This document shows positions 39,175 through 50,843 of a stretch of DNA of 64,000 nt, one piece after another (positions within the stretch are counted from its first letter, which is position 1; the number at the start of each line of letters is the position of its first letter). The notes under the pieces are model-generated. The model saw only the letters and a list, made by a program, of their open reading frames with translations, did not search any database and was not told the origin of the DNA. Source of the stretch: Laetmonice hystrix (lineage: Eukaryota); assembly GCA_965235115.1 (NCBI GenBank), contig OZ249436.1, positions 6,264,001 through 6,328,000 of the forward strand, in the 5' to 3' direction. A program made the position numbers and the translations under genes.

Positions 39175-40483
39175 GTACTCTTTACCCTGTGGACATGAAG
39201 CCCTCCACACAGAGCCAGGGTATAGTCCGACCGTAGTCCGAGTGTCCCAAATGAAGGCGAATGAGTTCGGCTTCATCAGAGCATTTCCAGTGGTGTCTTT
39301 AAAGGTCAGCAGTTCTTTCTCAAGATCGTCGTGATTTTTCTGACCTCGTTGACCTAGCACCACCCATCCCTCGCTTGGCAACAAAGGTTCATAGCACACG
39401 AAGTCTTCGCTGGAATGAGGGAAATATAAAGGTGCTACAGTTAGGTCGGTACCGTCGCTTTTTGTGATCAATTCGAGGACCTGACTCTTTTACAGAGTTG
39501 ATCACTTCCGAAACAGATTACATATAGAAGCTTAAAAAAGAAATAAACTGAAAATAAACTGAAAATTCACCCCACAAACACCCTTTTATTGGAGCTTTCG
39601 AAAAAAGTCGAGAAAGAATTGAAGACACAAGGTAGTGGACAGTTGAATTGTAGGCCTCTGTACTAACTGGCAGTGCTTGTAGTATACTGGCGACAATCTC
39701 CCTATTACAGGCAGCAATTCAAATACGACCATAAACTTACTTGGCTAAACTAAGTCTGTCGGACCAAACTTGTTTTGCTGAAGCATGTTTGACAGATATG
39801 GCAAGCAGTTCAGCATTCTGCAATAGGACAGAATGTCAATGTAGATAACGTATGTGGGGAGTGAGGAGTGAATGTCAATGTAGATAACGTATGTGGGGAG
39901 TGAGGAGTGAATGTCAATGTAGATAACGTATGTGGGGAGTGAGGAGTGAATGTCAATGTAGATAACGTATGTGGGGAGTGAGGAGTGGCATAACCAGTTC
40001 AGCATTCTGCCATAGCACAGAATGTCAATGTAGATAACGTATGTGGGGAGTGAGGAGTGGCATAACCAGTTCAGCATTCTGCAATAGCACAGAATGTCAA
40101 TGTAGATAAAGGTATGTGGGGAGTGGGGAGTGGCATAACCAGTTCAGCATTCTGCAATAGCACAGAATATCAATGTAGATAACGTATGAGGAGAGTGGGG
40201 GGTGCCGTAATAAAAGGAGAAAAACGTAAATTAGGCCTATAGTAGAAAGGAAGCATGTACATTTTAGGACCTCAAGAGATTTTTTCCCGCTATAGTTGCA
40301 GGAATGAATTTTCAAGTACATGGATTTTCAAGCCAACCACACCGACTAACGTTATTGCTGGTTAAAATATTTTAGTCAAACAATTTCTAAGAATAGGATG
40401 AAGGTGGGCCTATACACAAGGTAACTCACGACAGCGATGAGTGTAACCACGAAGGCCAGGCAGCTCCAGAGAAACGGCGTCAT
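38727..40483 (-). CDS. secreted Vps62/DUF946-like domain protein, paralog A (4 exons, 214 aa)
   Basis: Exons 40483-40430, 39817-39741, 39409-39186, 39016-38727 (645 nt; phases 0, 2, 1; GT-AG). Signal peptide MTPFLWSCLAFVVTLIAVNA. Three internal repeats with VWSD..DF.CYEP..P.EGWVVLG, IWDT..GSVWR..CPQDYVALGD, IRCV..DL..IWSN..VSVW, the pattern I recognise for Vps62/DUF946. Confidence 0.88.
39811..40190. repeat. ~72-bp and 39-bp tandem repeats duplicating the exon-2 acceptor of paralog A
   Basis: CAGCATTCTG (rc CAG|AATGCTG) at 39811, 40000, 40072 and 40145. Confidence 0.85.
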
Positions 40484-41447
40484 TACGGGATAGGTAACGG
40501 TAACTGACTGAATACTTATCAACGATACATATCTGACGTTTTGGTGATAAGTGGAGAGAAGGTAACAGCTGTTCTCGGTATCTGTGATAATCTGTTCAAC
40601 CAAATAATAAACTCGGAACACCGACGCTGCTTCTGATTGGCTGTTTCTAGGTCATATCCGGAGGCGATCCGGATGTATGAAGCGGCCATTTCCCCATAGG
40701 ATTTGCGCAAACCCCAGTGAAGCGGTATCGCGCATGAGCAGAGGAGTGTAAATAGGCTAGTCGAATTTCCCCCTACGCACAGTCACATAGGCCTAGTTCA
40801 AATCTAATTTCTCAACATGCCTATCCTTCTCGAATTTTCTACCGTAGAGACAAAACAGTCTCTTCTTCACCTCAGAGGAAAACCAGATATTTTTACTCTG
40901 TAAAGTCCGACACAGGAGAGTTCTCTATTGCTGCACGGCGGCAGCGCGCGAGTTTGTTGTTGTCCATCTGGGCCATTGATCCCTACCTAGCCACCCACCC
41001 CACCCCTACATGGCGACCTCCTGTAAGAACAAATGTTTCTGATTTTAAAAAGGTAAATATATTCATATGTCACCTTGCTGACTTTTCTCTGGGCTGTCTG
41101 TAGAAAATGCACGTTACTCTTAATTTGAGTGCACCAAACACTAATCTGGGGGCCACTAGGGTAAACTGAAGGCTTTACAGGCATTACTTTCCATAAACCT
41201 AGACTTATAACAAAAAGGTAACCACGGTGACATATATAAGTATCTTAACATTTTTATAAGCAAAAATACTTGTTCTTTGTATTGAAAATGCATTATATTG
41301 ATATGAAAAGGGTCTGGGTTGGATACATTGGTTCCTATGGCGAGATATGGTGGGAGATCTGATAAGTGCCGCACATGACGTAAAGTGGCCCCCGGGGTTT
41401 AGCTCTAAAAGTTCATGAACTAAGGTAAAGGGTTCTTTGTGTGTTAT

Positions 41448-41887
41448 TAGCCTGGTCCCCGGTGCCTACCATACGCATCCGCTATGTTAGGCCCGGTGAT
41501 GGCTAACAGAAAGCTGTAAAACGGAAGTGGTTATCTCCAAGCACTTCCGCCTCGGAGCTAATCACTTCCGTCTCCGGCGTTAACAGAGTGATCGACTTCT
41601 GCTTGAAGCGTGGCCGGGAGTGGCCAACATGCGACTGCGTATGCAGACCGTATAGCAGGTGTGGGGAGTGGTGACGCTATGTTTACATCCAGAAAAGCGA
41701 GGACATTTAACACTTGTATTTTAAAGGGATTGACGAAAATATTTGTATCTTGTTGGAGAAATACGGAGGGTACGGAACTATGCCTCGTTTGCGTCCATGT
41801 TTTCGATGGGCCAATCACAACGCTTGCTTCGATTGGCCTTCACCAGGCTCTGTATACGAAGTCAATATAGAGCTGGGGACCTGGCTA
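41448..41887. mobile_element. non-autonomous DNA transposon with TAGCC termini and 10-bp TSD (AcademH-like, inferred)
   Basis: TGTGTGTTAT|TAGCCTGGTCCCC ... GGGGACCTGGCTA|TGTGTGTTAT. The paralogous site near 50482 has a single TGTATGTTAT (empty site). Confidence 0.82.
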
Positions 41888-41940
41888 TGTGTGTTATGGG
41901 ATCCCTGCCAGTAACGCATCAACCTAGCTACCTTTCTTAA

Positions 41941-42750
41941 AGGTGATATGTCACGTATTTCAAATAATACGTCGTGTTTCAGCAAAAATATGTCTGCATT
42001 GTGGTTCTCCGATATGCCCCATAGGTCCCCTACCTGTTGGGGGCCTCGGGTGGCCGAATGGTCTAAGGTGTTGGCTCATGACGCCTATGACCATCGCCTC
42101 ACACCGCTGCAATCCGGGTTCGATCCCCGGCCTGGGCTGCATGTGTGAAAGGTTTTTCAGTCAGTTCCTTCCCGATGGTCGGTGGTTTCCTCCGGGTACT
42201 CCGGTTTCCTCCACCAAGAAAAACTGACTTTCATCATCATATTCACCGCCGTGATATGACCCTGGCTGTTGCAAGGCGTAAAACCCCAAATACCCACCCA
42301 CCCCTACCTGTTTATGTAGCTTTGGCCGGTATTTTGTAAAAGGAAATCGCCAATTCTGAATGCGGTCAGTGAAAATGACACACTTAGATTCCGAGACCCC
42401 GGGATTTGCAGCCAGTTGTGTTTTGCACCCTTTTCACACGATCGGCGGATGGCACCAATGGCGCGTGTTTACATCTCGAGTAATCACAGCGAGAGTCACG
42501 TGATCATGGGACCTGTTCAAACGATTCGCGGCAGCCAAAAGAGGCCAAAATGGCTAATTCATTGCAATTTGCGGACACTGCAGCTAAGTTTATTCATTTT
42601 TCTAAATTAGGGAGTATTTCACAGCGGTGTACTCGTATTATGTGTTAACAGAATCAATATGAAAAACAATCAGTGCCATAAAGTACGTCAGTAGTGAGCA
42701 GGTAAGCAGAAAACTCAAGATTCGGTCGATTCCCCCGTGACATATTTTCT
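41941..42750. mobile_element. TTAA-flanked Kolobok-like element carrying a nested SINE (duplicate at 45601-46410)
   Basis: TTAA|AGGTGATATGTCACG ... CGTGACATATTTTCT|TTAA; absent from the paralogous segment near 50530. Confidence 0.75.
42039..42300 (+). mobile_element. tRNA-derived SINE with V-domain-like core
   Basis: A box GTGGCCGAATGG, B box GGTTCGATCC, core GGTTTCCTCCGGGTACTCCGGTTTCCTCCAC; 12-bp TSD CCCCTACCTGTT at 42027 and 42301. Confidence 0.88.
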
Positions 42751-43246
42751 TTAATCATATTTCTAAAAGTTTAGGGTGCTCAATTGTATGGAACGTCGGG
42801 ATGGTAATTTATCATAACTGTTCAATGACACTAACGTAGATAAGGGTTTAAATGCTTGTAAGATGTAACTAGTGTCTCTGTTGTTAACCATGCAGCCATG
42901 ACATGTTTGTATCCCAGTATTGTATTTCTAGCCCGCAGGTAGTCACATGATATGTAGACAGGGTGAGACCAAAACCCGAAACACATGACTACAATCCCTA
43001 CATCCTTTGTGCCTGGATTAGCTACCAATCAGTGACATGTAGTGTATTATATTTTATTATATTTTAGTTAAGGACGCTCAAGTGTAGCTTTCTTATAGGT
43101 TGTTGGTGACATCATAGCCCCATCTGTACTGATGGACAGTTCTATAATAAGTTATGGTCATTCCCTGATTGGTTCGAGATGACATCATCCTACCATCGAT
43201 GTCCCAATTTTAGATTTCCTATTGGAATCAGTAGCTTAAGCGTTTG

Positions 43247-44420
43247 TAGGGTGTCTCAAAAAAATGGTAATCCAATGTCAAATGCTTAAAGGGGCATACT
43301 ATGGAACACGTTTTGGGGATTTCCGGCAATTGTTCAACATGACCGTGTACTCGGGATACAGGTAAATAATCCTACCACAGCATTTTGTCCTCCGACGTGT
43401 TTTCGCTGCGTATGCAGCACAAGTAGGTTCTATACGACCAAACGCATAGATTTCTCCCGATAGCACATCTCCCGCCATAATTTGGTAGACAACCTCCCAT
43501 CAACCCGTGTAATTGCGTACTGCGTCACATCCTGCGTGTACACTCTCTGCATGTGCTTACTCACATGCTTCGCTTAGTTGTAAACAATTCAGCAGTTGCA
43601 CTCGACCCTCCGGCATCAGAATGCCACCCAAAAAATATTTTACGAAATCGGCAGAGAAACGGACAAGGGAGCTTCATAAACTTCGATTTCTCACGCAAAA
43701 TGAAACTGATAAGTCTGTCTTTGTTTACCAAGCAATTTTAATGAAGGATATCTTTATGAAAATAGCAAAAGTTCTTTGAAATACCGATTTTTCACGTTTC
43801 CTCATAATATGCCCCTTTAATGTATGAAGAATGTGGATATTGTAACATAATGAGTAAATATGCACGATGAAGCAGAAGCTACTACCCTCGCAGACATGTC
43901 TTGTTTGTCTGCCTAGCGTCATGGTAAGCTGAGCACCATTGTCCAGAAAAGTTCCTCCAAAAATAAGTGTTTACCACTTTTGAATTGAAAGGCCAAAAGG
44001 CCATTGCATGTTGAAAAGTGCTGGTGAAGATCCAACTTGGACAGGATTATGTCATCGTCAGTTGCAGAATATGGGTTGGAGTCCATTCATGTGCAGTTCC
44101 AGTGACATATGGCTCACAGATGTTTCAGGCATTCTAAGTCAAAAGCCAAACTTAGCAACATGGTTCAACTGTCACTTGAACAGCGCGTATTCGTGGTGAA
44201 GACATTCCATGAAACAGGTAGCTTGGAAGCAACCCAAGATGCTTTCCGGCAACGTTTCACTGACAGAGATCCGTCAGCTAAGAATATCGTAAATATAATT
44301 AGTTGAGACAAAACATGTTTTTTATCCTCTCCATAGCGTCTGGTGTCACTGCCAAAAGTCTGAATGGCCTGATTCAAAAGTGGTAAACATTGATTGTTGC
44401 TTGCCATTTTCAGGCCAATG
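43247..44420 (+). mobile_element. 3'-truncated Tc1/mariner remnant (duplicate at ~46907-48080)
   Basis: Left TIR TAGGGTGTCTCAAAAAAATGGTAATCCAA; HTH fragment MVQLSLEQRVFVVKTFHETGS...FRQRF at 44160-44306. Confidence 0.72.
43290..43816. mobile_element. Kolobok-like MITE with TTAA TSD (duplicate at 46950-47476)
   Basis: TTAA|AGGGGCATACTATG ... CATAATATGCCCCT|TTAA; empty single-TTAA site at ~51932 in the paralogous segment. Confidence 0.85.
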
Positions 44421-44570
44421 CAATAGTGCAAAACTAACCGATCACACTACGCTGTTAGTATCAGCACACTGAAGGTTACCGCGGAATTAAAACTAGTCGA
44501 CTAACTTAAGGTGAACATCGAAACTTTAGGTTTCATAATTAGTTGTCATAGATGACATGGTGCGGATGTT

Positions 44571-45232
44571 TCAGTTAATCACTTGGAAAGCGTTGTTTTT
44601 GAGACACCAAAAGTCGATCCCTGGCGGCTTGTCGTGGATATCGTTAGCGTAGAAGAATCCGTGCAGTGACGTATCGTTACCTGCAGTGGACCAGACGGAC
44701 ACGGCATAGATCGGCAGCGCATCGTTGGACCAGATTCGGGGACCTGGCCAACACTTCTCCGTCAGGTCGGCGCGCACACATCGGATTTTCTCAGAAAACG
44801 ACTGATCAGGTTTGGACACTTCCGATTTATCGTAGAAAAAGTCTCCGAGGGCCACGTAACCTGTGAGGAATGAACAGTTTAATTGTTATCTAAATCAACT
44901 CACACAACAGGGAGGACACGTGCAGACGAAGTACACATAGGAGACATAAATCAATAGTAGAAGAACAACAAGAAGAAGAACAACAAGGAGAAGTGGTGTA
45001 CTCTTTACCCTGTGGACATGCAGCCCTCCACACAGAGCCAGGGTATATTCCGACTTCATTCCGAGTGTCCCAAATGAAGATGAATGAGTTCGCCTTCATC
45101 AGAGCATTTCCAGTGGTGTTTTTAAAGGTCAGCAGGTCTTCCTCAAGACCGGTGTGATTGTTCTGACCTCGTTGACCTAGCACCACCCATTCCTCGCTTG
45201 GCAACAAAGGTTCGTAGCACGCGAAGTCTTTG
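44571..45232 (-). pseudogene. headless copy (exons 3-4 only) of Vps62-like paralog B
   Basis: Exons 45232-45009 and 44860-44571 are identical to paralog B. The duplication breakpoint at 45337 lies in intron 2, so exons 1-2 are missing. Confidence 0.82.
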
Positions 45233-45698
45233 CTGGAATGAGGAAAATATAAAGGTGCTTCGGTTAGGTCGGTACCGTCGCTTTTTGTGATCAATTCTAG
45301 GAGCTGACTCTTTTACAGAGTTGATCTCTTCCGAAACTATGTTTACATCCAGAAAAGCGAGGACATTTAACACTTGTATTTTAAAGGGATTGACGAAAAT
45401 ATTTGTATCTTGTTGGAGAAATACGGAGGGTACGGAACTATGCCTCGTTTGCGTCCATGTTTTCGATGGGCCAATCACAACGCTTGCTTCGATTGGCCTT
45501 CACCAGGCTCTGTATACGAAGTCAATATAGAGCTGGGGACCTGGCTATGTGTGTTATGGGATCCCTGCCAGTAACGCATCAACCTAGCTACCTTTCTTAA
45601 AGGTGATATGTCACGTATTTCAAATAATACGTCGTGTTTCAGCAAAAATATGTCTGCATTGTGGTTCTCCGATATGCCCCATAGGTCCCCTACCTGTT

Positions 45699-45960
45699 GG
45701 GGGCCTCGGGTGGCCGAATGGTCTAAGGTGTTGGCTCATGACGCCTATGACCATCGCCTCACACCGCTGCAATCCGGGTTCGATCCCCGGCCTGGGCTGC
45801 ATGTGTGAAAGGTTTTTCAGTCAGTTCCTTCCCGATGGTCGGTGGTTTCCTCCGGGTACTCCGGTTTCCTCCACCAAGAAAAACTGACTTTCATCATCAT
45901 ATTCACCGCCGTGATATGACCCTGGCTGTTGCAAGGCGTAAAACCCCAAATACCCACCCA
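45699..45960 (+). mobile_element. tRNA-derived SINE (duplicated copy)
   Basis: Same sequence as 42039-42300 at +3660. Confidence 0.88.
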
Positions 45961-48230
45961 CCCCTACCTGTTTATGTAGCTTTGGCCGGTATTTTGTAAA
46001 AGGAAATCGCCAATTCTGAATGCGGTCAGTGAAAATGACACACTTAGATTCCGAGACCCCGGGATTTGCAGCCAGTTGTGTTTTGCACCCTTTTCACACG
46101 ATCGGCGGATGGCACCAATGGCGCGTGTTTACATCTCGAGTAATCACAGCGAGAGTCACGTGATCATGGGACCTGTTCAAACGATTCGCGGCAGCCAAAA
46201 GAGGCCAAAATGGCTAATTCATTGCAATTTGCGGACACTGCAGCTAAGTTTATTCATTTTTCTAAATTAGGGAGTATTTCACAGCGGTGTACTCGTATTA
46301 TGTGTTAACAGAATCAATATGAAAAACAATCAGTGCCATAAAGTACGTCAGTAGTGAGCAGGTAAGCAGAAAACTCAAGATTCGGTCGATTCCCCCGTGA
46401 CATATTTTCTTTAATCATATTTCTAAAAGTTTAGGGTGCTCAATTGTATGGAACGTCGGGATGGTAATTTATCATAACTGTTCAATGACACTAACGTAGA
46501 TAAGGGTTTAAATGCTTGTAAGATGTAACTAGTGTCTCTGTTGTTAACCATGCAGCCATGACATGTTTGTATCCCAGTATTGTATTTCTAGCCCGCAGGT
46601 AGTCACATGATATGTAGACAGGGTGAGACCAAAACCCGAAACACATGACTACAATCCCTACATCCTTTGTGCCTGGATTAGCTACCAATCAGTGACATGT
46701 AGTGTATTATATTTTATTATATTTTAGTTAAGGACGCTCAAGTGTAGCTTTCTTATAGGTTGTTGGTGACATCATAGCCCCATCTATACTGATGGACAGT
46801 TCTATAATAAGTTATGGTCATTCCCTGATTGGTTCGAGATGACATCATCCTACCATCGATGTCCCAATTTTAGATTTCCTATTGGAATCAGTAGCTTAAG
46901 CGTTTGTAGGGTGTCTCAAAAAAATGGTAATCCAATGTCAAATGCTTAAAGGGGCATACTATGGAACACGTTTTGGGGATTTCCGGCAATTGTTCAACAT
47001 GACCGTGTACTCGGGATACAGGTAAATAATCCTACCACAGCATTTTGTCCTCCGACGTGTTTTCGCTGCGTATGCAGCACAAGTAGGTTCTATACGACCA
47101 AACGCATAGATTTCTCCCGATAGCACATCTCCCGCCATAATTTGGTAGACAACCTCCCATCAACCCGTGTAATTGCGTACTGCGTCACATCCTGCGTGTA
47201 CACTCTCTGCATGTGCTTACTCACATGCTTCGCTTAGTTGTAAACAATTCAGCAGTTGCACTCGACCCTCCGGCATCAGAATGCCACCCAAAAAATATTT
47301 TACGAAATCGGCAGAGAAACGGACAAGGGAGCTTCATAAACTTCGATTTCTCACGCAAAATGAAACTGATAAGTCTGTCTTTGTTTACCAAGCAATTTTA
47401 ATGAAGGATATCTTTATGAAAATAGCAAAAGTTCTTTGAAATACCGATTTTTCACGTTTCCTCATAATATGCCCCTTTAATGTATGAAGAATGTGGATAT
47501 TGTAACATAATGAGTAAATATGCACGATGAAGCAGAAGCTACTACCCTCGCAGACATGTCTTGTTTGTCTGCCTAGCGTCATGGTAAGCTGAGCACCATT
47601 GTCCAGAAAAGTTCCTCCAAAAATAAGTGTTTACCACTTTTGAATTGAAAGGCCAAAAGGCCATTGCATGTTGAAAAGTGCTGGTGAAGATCCAACTTGG
47701 ACAGGATTATGTCATCGTCAGTTGCAGAATATGGGTTGGAGTCCATTCATGTGCAGTTCCAGTGACATATGGCTCACAGATGTTTCAGGCATTCTAAGTC
47801 AAAAGCCAAACTTAGCAACATGGTTCAACTGTCACTTGAACAGCGCGTATTCGTGGTGAAGACATTCCATGAAACAGGTAGCTTGGAAGCAACCCAAGAT
47901 GCTTTCCGGCAACGTTTCACTGACAGAGATCCGTCAGCTAAGAATATCGTAAATATAATTAGTTGAGACAAAACATGTTTTTTATCCTCTCCATAGCGTC
48001 TGGTGTCACTGCCAAAAGTCTGAATGGCCTGATTCAAAAGTGGTAAACATTGATTGTTGCTTGCCATTTTCAGGCCAATGCAATAGTGCAAAACTAACCG
48101 ATCACACTACGCTGTTAGTATCAGCACACTGAAGGTTACCGCGGAATTAAAACTAGTCGACTAACTTAAGGTGAACATCGAAACTTTAGGTTTCATAATT
48201 AGTTGTCATAGATGACATGGTGCGGATGTT

Positions 48231-49543
48231 TCAGTTAATCACTTGGAAAGCGTTGTTTTTGAGACACCAAAAGTCGATCCCTGGCGGCTTGTCGTGGATA
48301 TCGTTAGCGTAGAAGAATCCGTGCAGTGACGTATCGTTACCTGCAGTGGACCAGACGGACACGGCATAGATCGGCAGCGCATCGTTGGACCAGATTCGGG
48401 GACCTGGCCAACACTTCTCCGTCAGGTCGGCGCGCACACATCGGATTTTCTCAGAAAACGACTGATCAGGTTTGGACACTTCCGATTTATCGTAGAAAAA
48501 GTCTCCGAGGGCCACGTAACCTGTGAGGAATGAACAGTTTAATTGTTATCTAAATCAACTCACACAACAGGGAGGACACGTGCAGACGAAGTACACATAG
48601 GAGACATAAATCAATAGTAGAAGAACAACAAGAAGAAGAACAACAAGGAGAAGTGGTGTACTCTTTACCCTGTGGACATGCAGCCCTCCACACAGAGCCA
48701 GGGTATATTCCGACTTCATTCCGAGTGTCCCAAATGAAGATGAATGAGTTCGCCTTCATCAGAGCATTTCCAGTGGTGTTTTTAAAGGTCAGCAGGTCTT
48801 CCTCAAGACCGGTGTGATTGTTCTGACCTCGTTGACCTAGCACCACCCATTCCTCGCTTGGCAACAAAGGTTCGTAGCACGCGAAGTCTTTGCTGGAATG
48901 AGGAAAATATAAAGGTGCTTCGGTTAGGTCGGTACCGTCGCTTTTTGTGATCAATTCTAGGAGCTGACTCTTTTACAGAGTTGATCTCTTCCGAAACAGA
49001 TTACATCTAGAAGCTTAAAAAGGAAATAAATTGGAAATAAACATAAAAAGCGTTTCCGGGGTTCACCCCACAAACACCCTCTTATTGGAGCTTTAGAAAA
49101 AGTTGAGAAAGAATTGAAGACACAAGGTAGTGGACAGTTGAATTGTAGGCCTCAGTACTAACTGGCAGTGCTTGTAGTATACTGGCGACAATCTCCCTAT
49201 TACAGGCAGCGATTCAAATACGACCATACACTTACATGGCTGTAGTATATATGTCGGACCAAACTTGCTTTGCTGAAGCATTGTTGACAGGTATGGCAAC
49301 CAGTTCAGCATTCTGCAATAGGACAGAATGTCAATGTACATAATGTATGTGGGGAGTGAGGAGTGACATAACCACTTCAGCATTCTGCAATAGCACAGAA
49401 TGTCAATGTAGATAACGTATGTGGGAAGTGGCGTAATAAAAGGAGAAAAACGTAAATTATACACGAGAGGAGTACACAAGGTAACTCACGACAGCGATGA
49501 GTGTAACCACGAAGGCCAGGCAGCTCCAGAGAAACGGCGTCAT
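48231..49543 (-). CDS. secreted Vps62/DUF946-like domain protein, paralog B (4 exons, 214 aa)
   Basis: Exons 49543-49490, 49312-49236, 48892-48669, 48520-48231; same sizes (54/77/224/290) and phases as paralog A. MTPFLWSCLAFVVTLIAVNAELVAIPVNNASAKQVWSDIYTTAIKDFACYEP...CPQGYVALGDFF...FWCLKNNAFQVIN*. Confidence 0.88.
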
Positions 49544-50843
49544 TACGGGATAGGTAACGGTAACTGACTGAATACTTATCAACGATACATATCTGACGTT
49601 TTGGTGATAAGTGGAGGAAGGTCACAGCTGTTCTCGGAATTTGTGATAATCTGTTTAACCAAATAATAAACTCGGAACACCGACGCTGCTTCTGATTGGC
49701 TGTTTCTAGGTCATATCCGGAGGCGATCCGGATGTATGAAGCCGCCACTTCCCCATAGGATTTGCGCAAACCCCAGTGAAGCGGTATCGCGCATGAGCAG
49801 AGGAGCTGTAAATAGGCTAATTGAATTTCCCCCCTACGCACAGTCACATAGGCCTAGTTCAAATCTAATTTTTCAACATACATATCCTTCTCGAATTTTC
49901 CACCGTGGAGACAAAACAGTCTCTTCTTCACCTGAGAGGAAAACCAGATATTCTTACTCTGTAAAGTCCGACACAGGGGAGTTCTCCATTGCCTGCACGG
50001 CGGCAGCGCGGGAGTTTGTTGTTGTCCATCCGGGCCAGTGATCTCTACCTAGCCACCCACCCCACCCCGACATGGCGACCTCCTGTAAGAACAAATGTTT
50101 CTGATTTTAAAAAGGTAAATATATTCATATGTCACCTTGCTGACTTTTCTGTGGGCTGTTACTGTTAATTTGAGTGCACCTAACACTAATCTGGGGGCCA
50201 CCAGGGTAAACCGAAGGCTATGCACAGGCATTACTTCTCATAAACCTAGACTTATAACAAAAAGGTAACCAGGGTGAGATATAAATATCTTAACATTTTT
50301 ATAAGCAAAAATAGTTCTTCTTTACATTGAAATGCATTATATTGATATGAAAAGGGTCTGGGTTGGATACATTGGTTCCTATGGCGAGATATGGTGGGAG
50401 ATCTAATAGGTGCCGCTCAGGATGTAAAGTGGCCCCCGGGGTTTAGCTCTAAAAGTTCATGAACTAAGGTAAAGGGTTCTTTGTATGTTATGGGATCTCT
50501 GCCAGTATCGCATCAACTCAGGTACCTTTCTTATTTCTAAAGGTTTAAGGTGCTCAATTGTGTGGAACGTCGGGATGGTAATTTATCATAACTGTTCAAT
50601 GACACTAACGTAGATAAGGGTTTAAATGATTGTAAGATGTAACTAGTGTCTATGTTGTTAACAATGCAGCCATGACATGTTTGTATCCCAGTATTGTATT
50701 TCTAGCCCCCGGGTAGTCATGATATGTAGACAGGGTGAGACCAAAACCCGAAACACATGACTACAATCCCTACATCCTTTGTGCCTGGATTAGCTGCCAA
50801 TCAGTGACATGTAGTGTATTATATTTTATTATATTTTAGTTAA

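Larger units (their letters stand above)
41677..48996. repeat. 3,660-bp tandem segmental duplication (41677-45336 / 45337-48996)
   Basis: Sequence and ORFs recur at +3660. I noticed only one difference by eye (G43126 vs A46786). Confidence 0.96.

Noticed and set aside
39046..39471. ORF-track proteins starting MITKSDG (also 44890-45294 and 48550-48954)
   Set aside because: Their N- and C-terminal parts are intron read-through. The real exon is 39409-39186, bounded by a strong polypyrimidine-CAG acceptor and a GT donor.
42039..42135. tRNA-like sequence as a tRNA gene
   Set aside because: A and B boxes are present but there is no cloverleaf. It is followed by a SINE core and flanked by a TSD.
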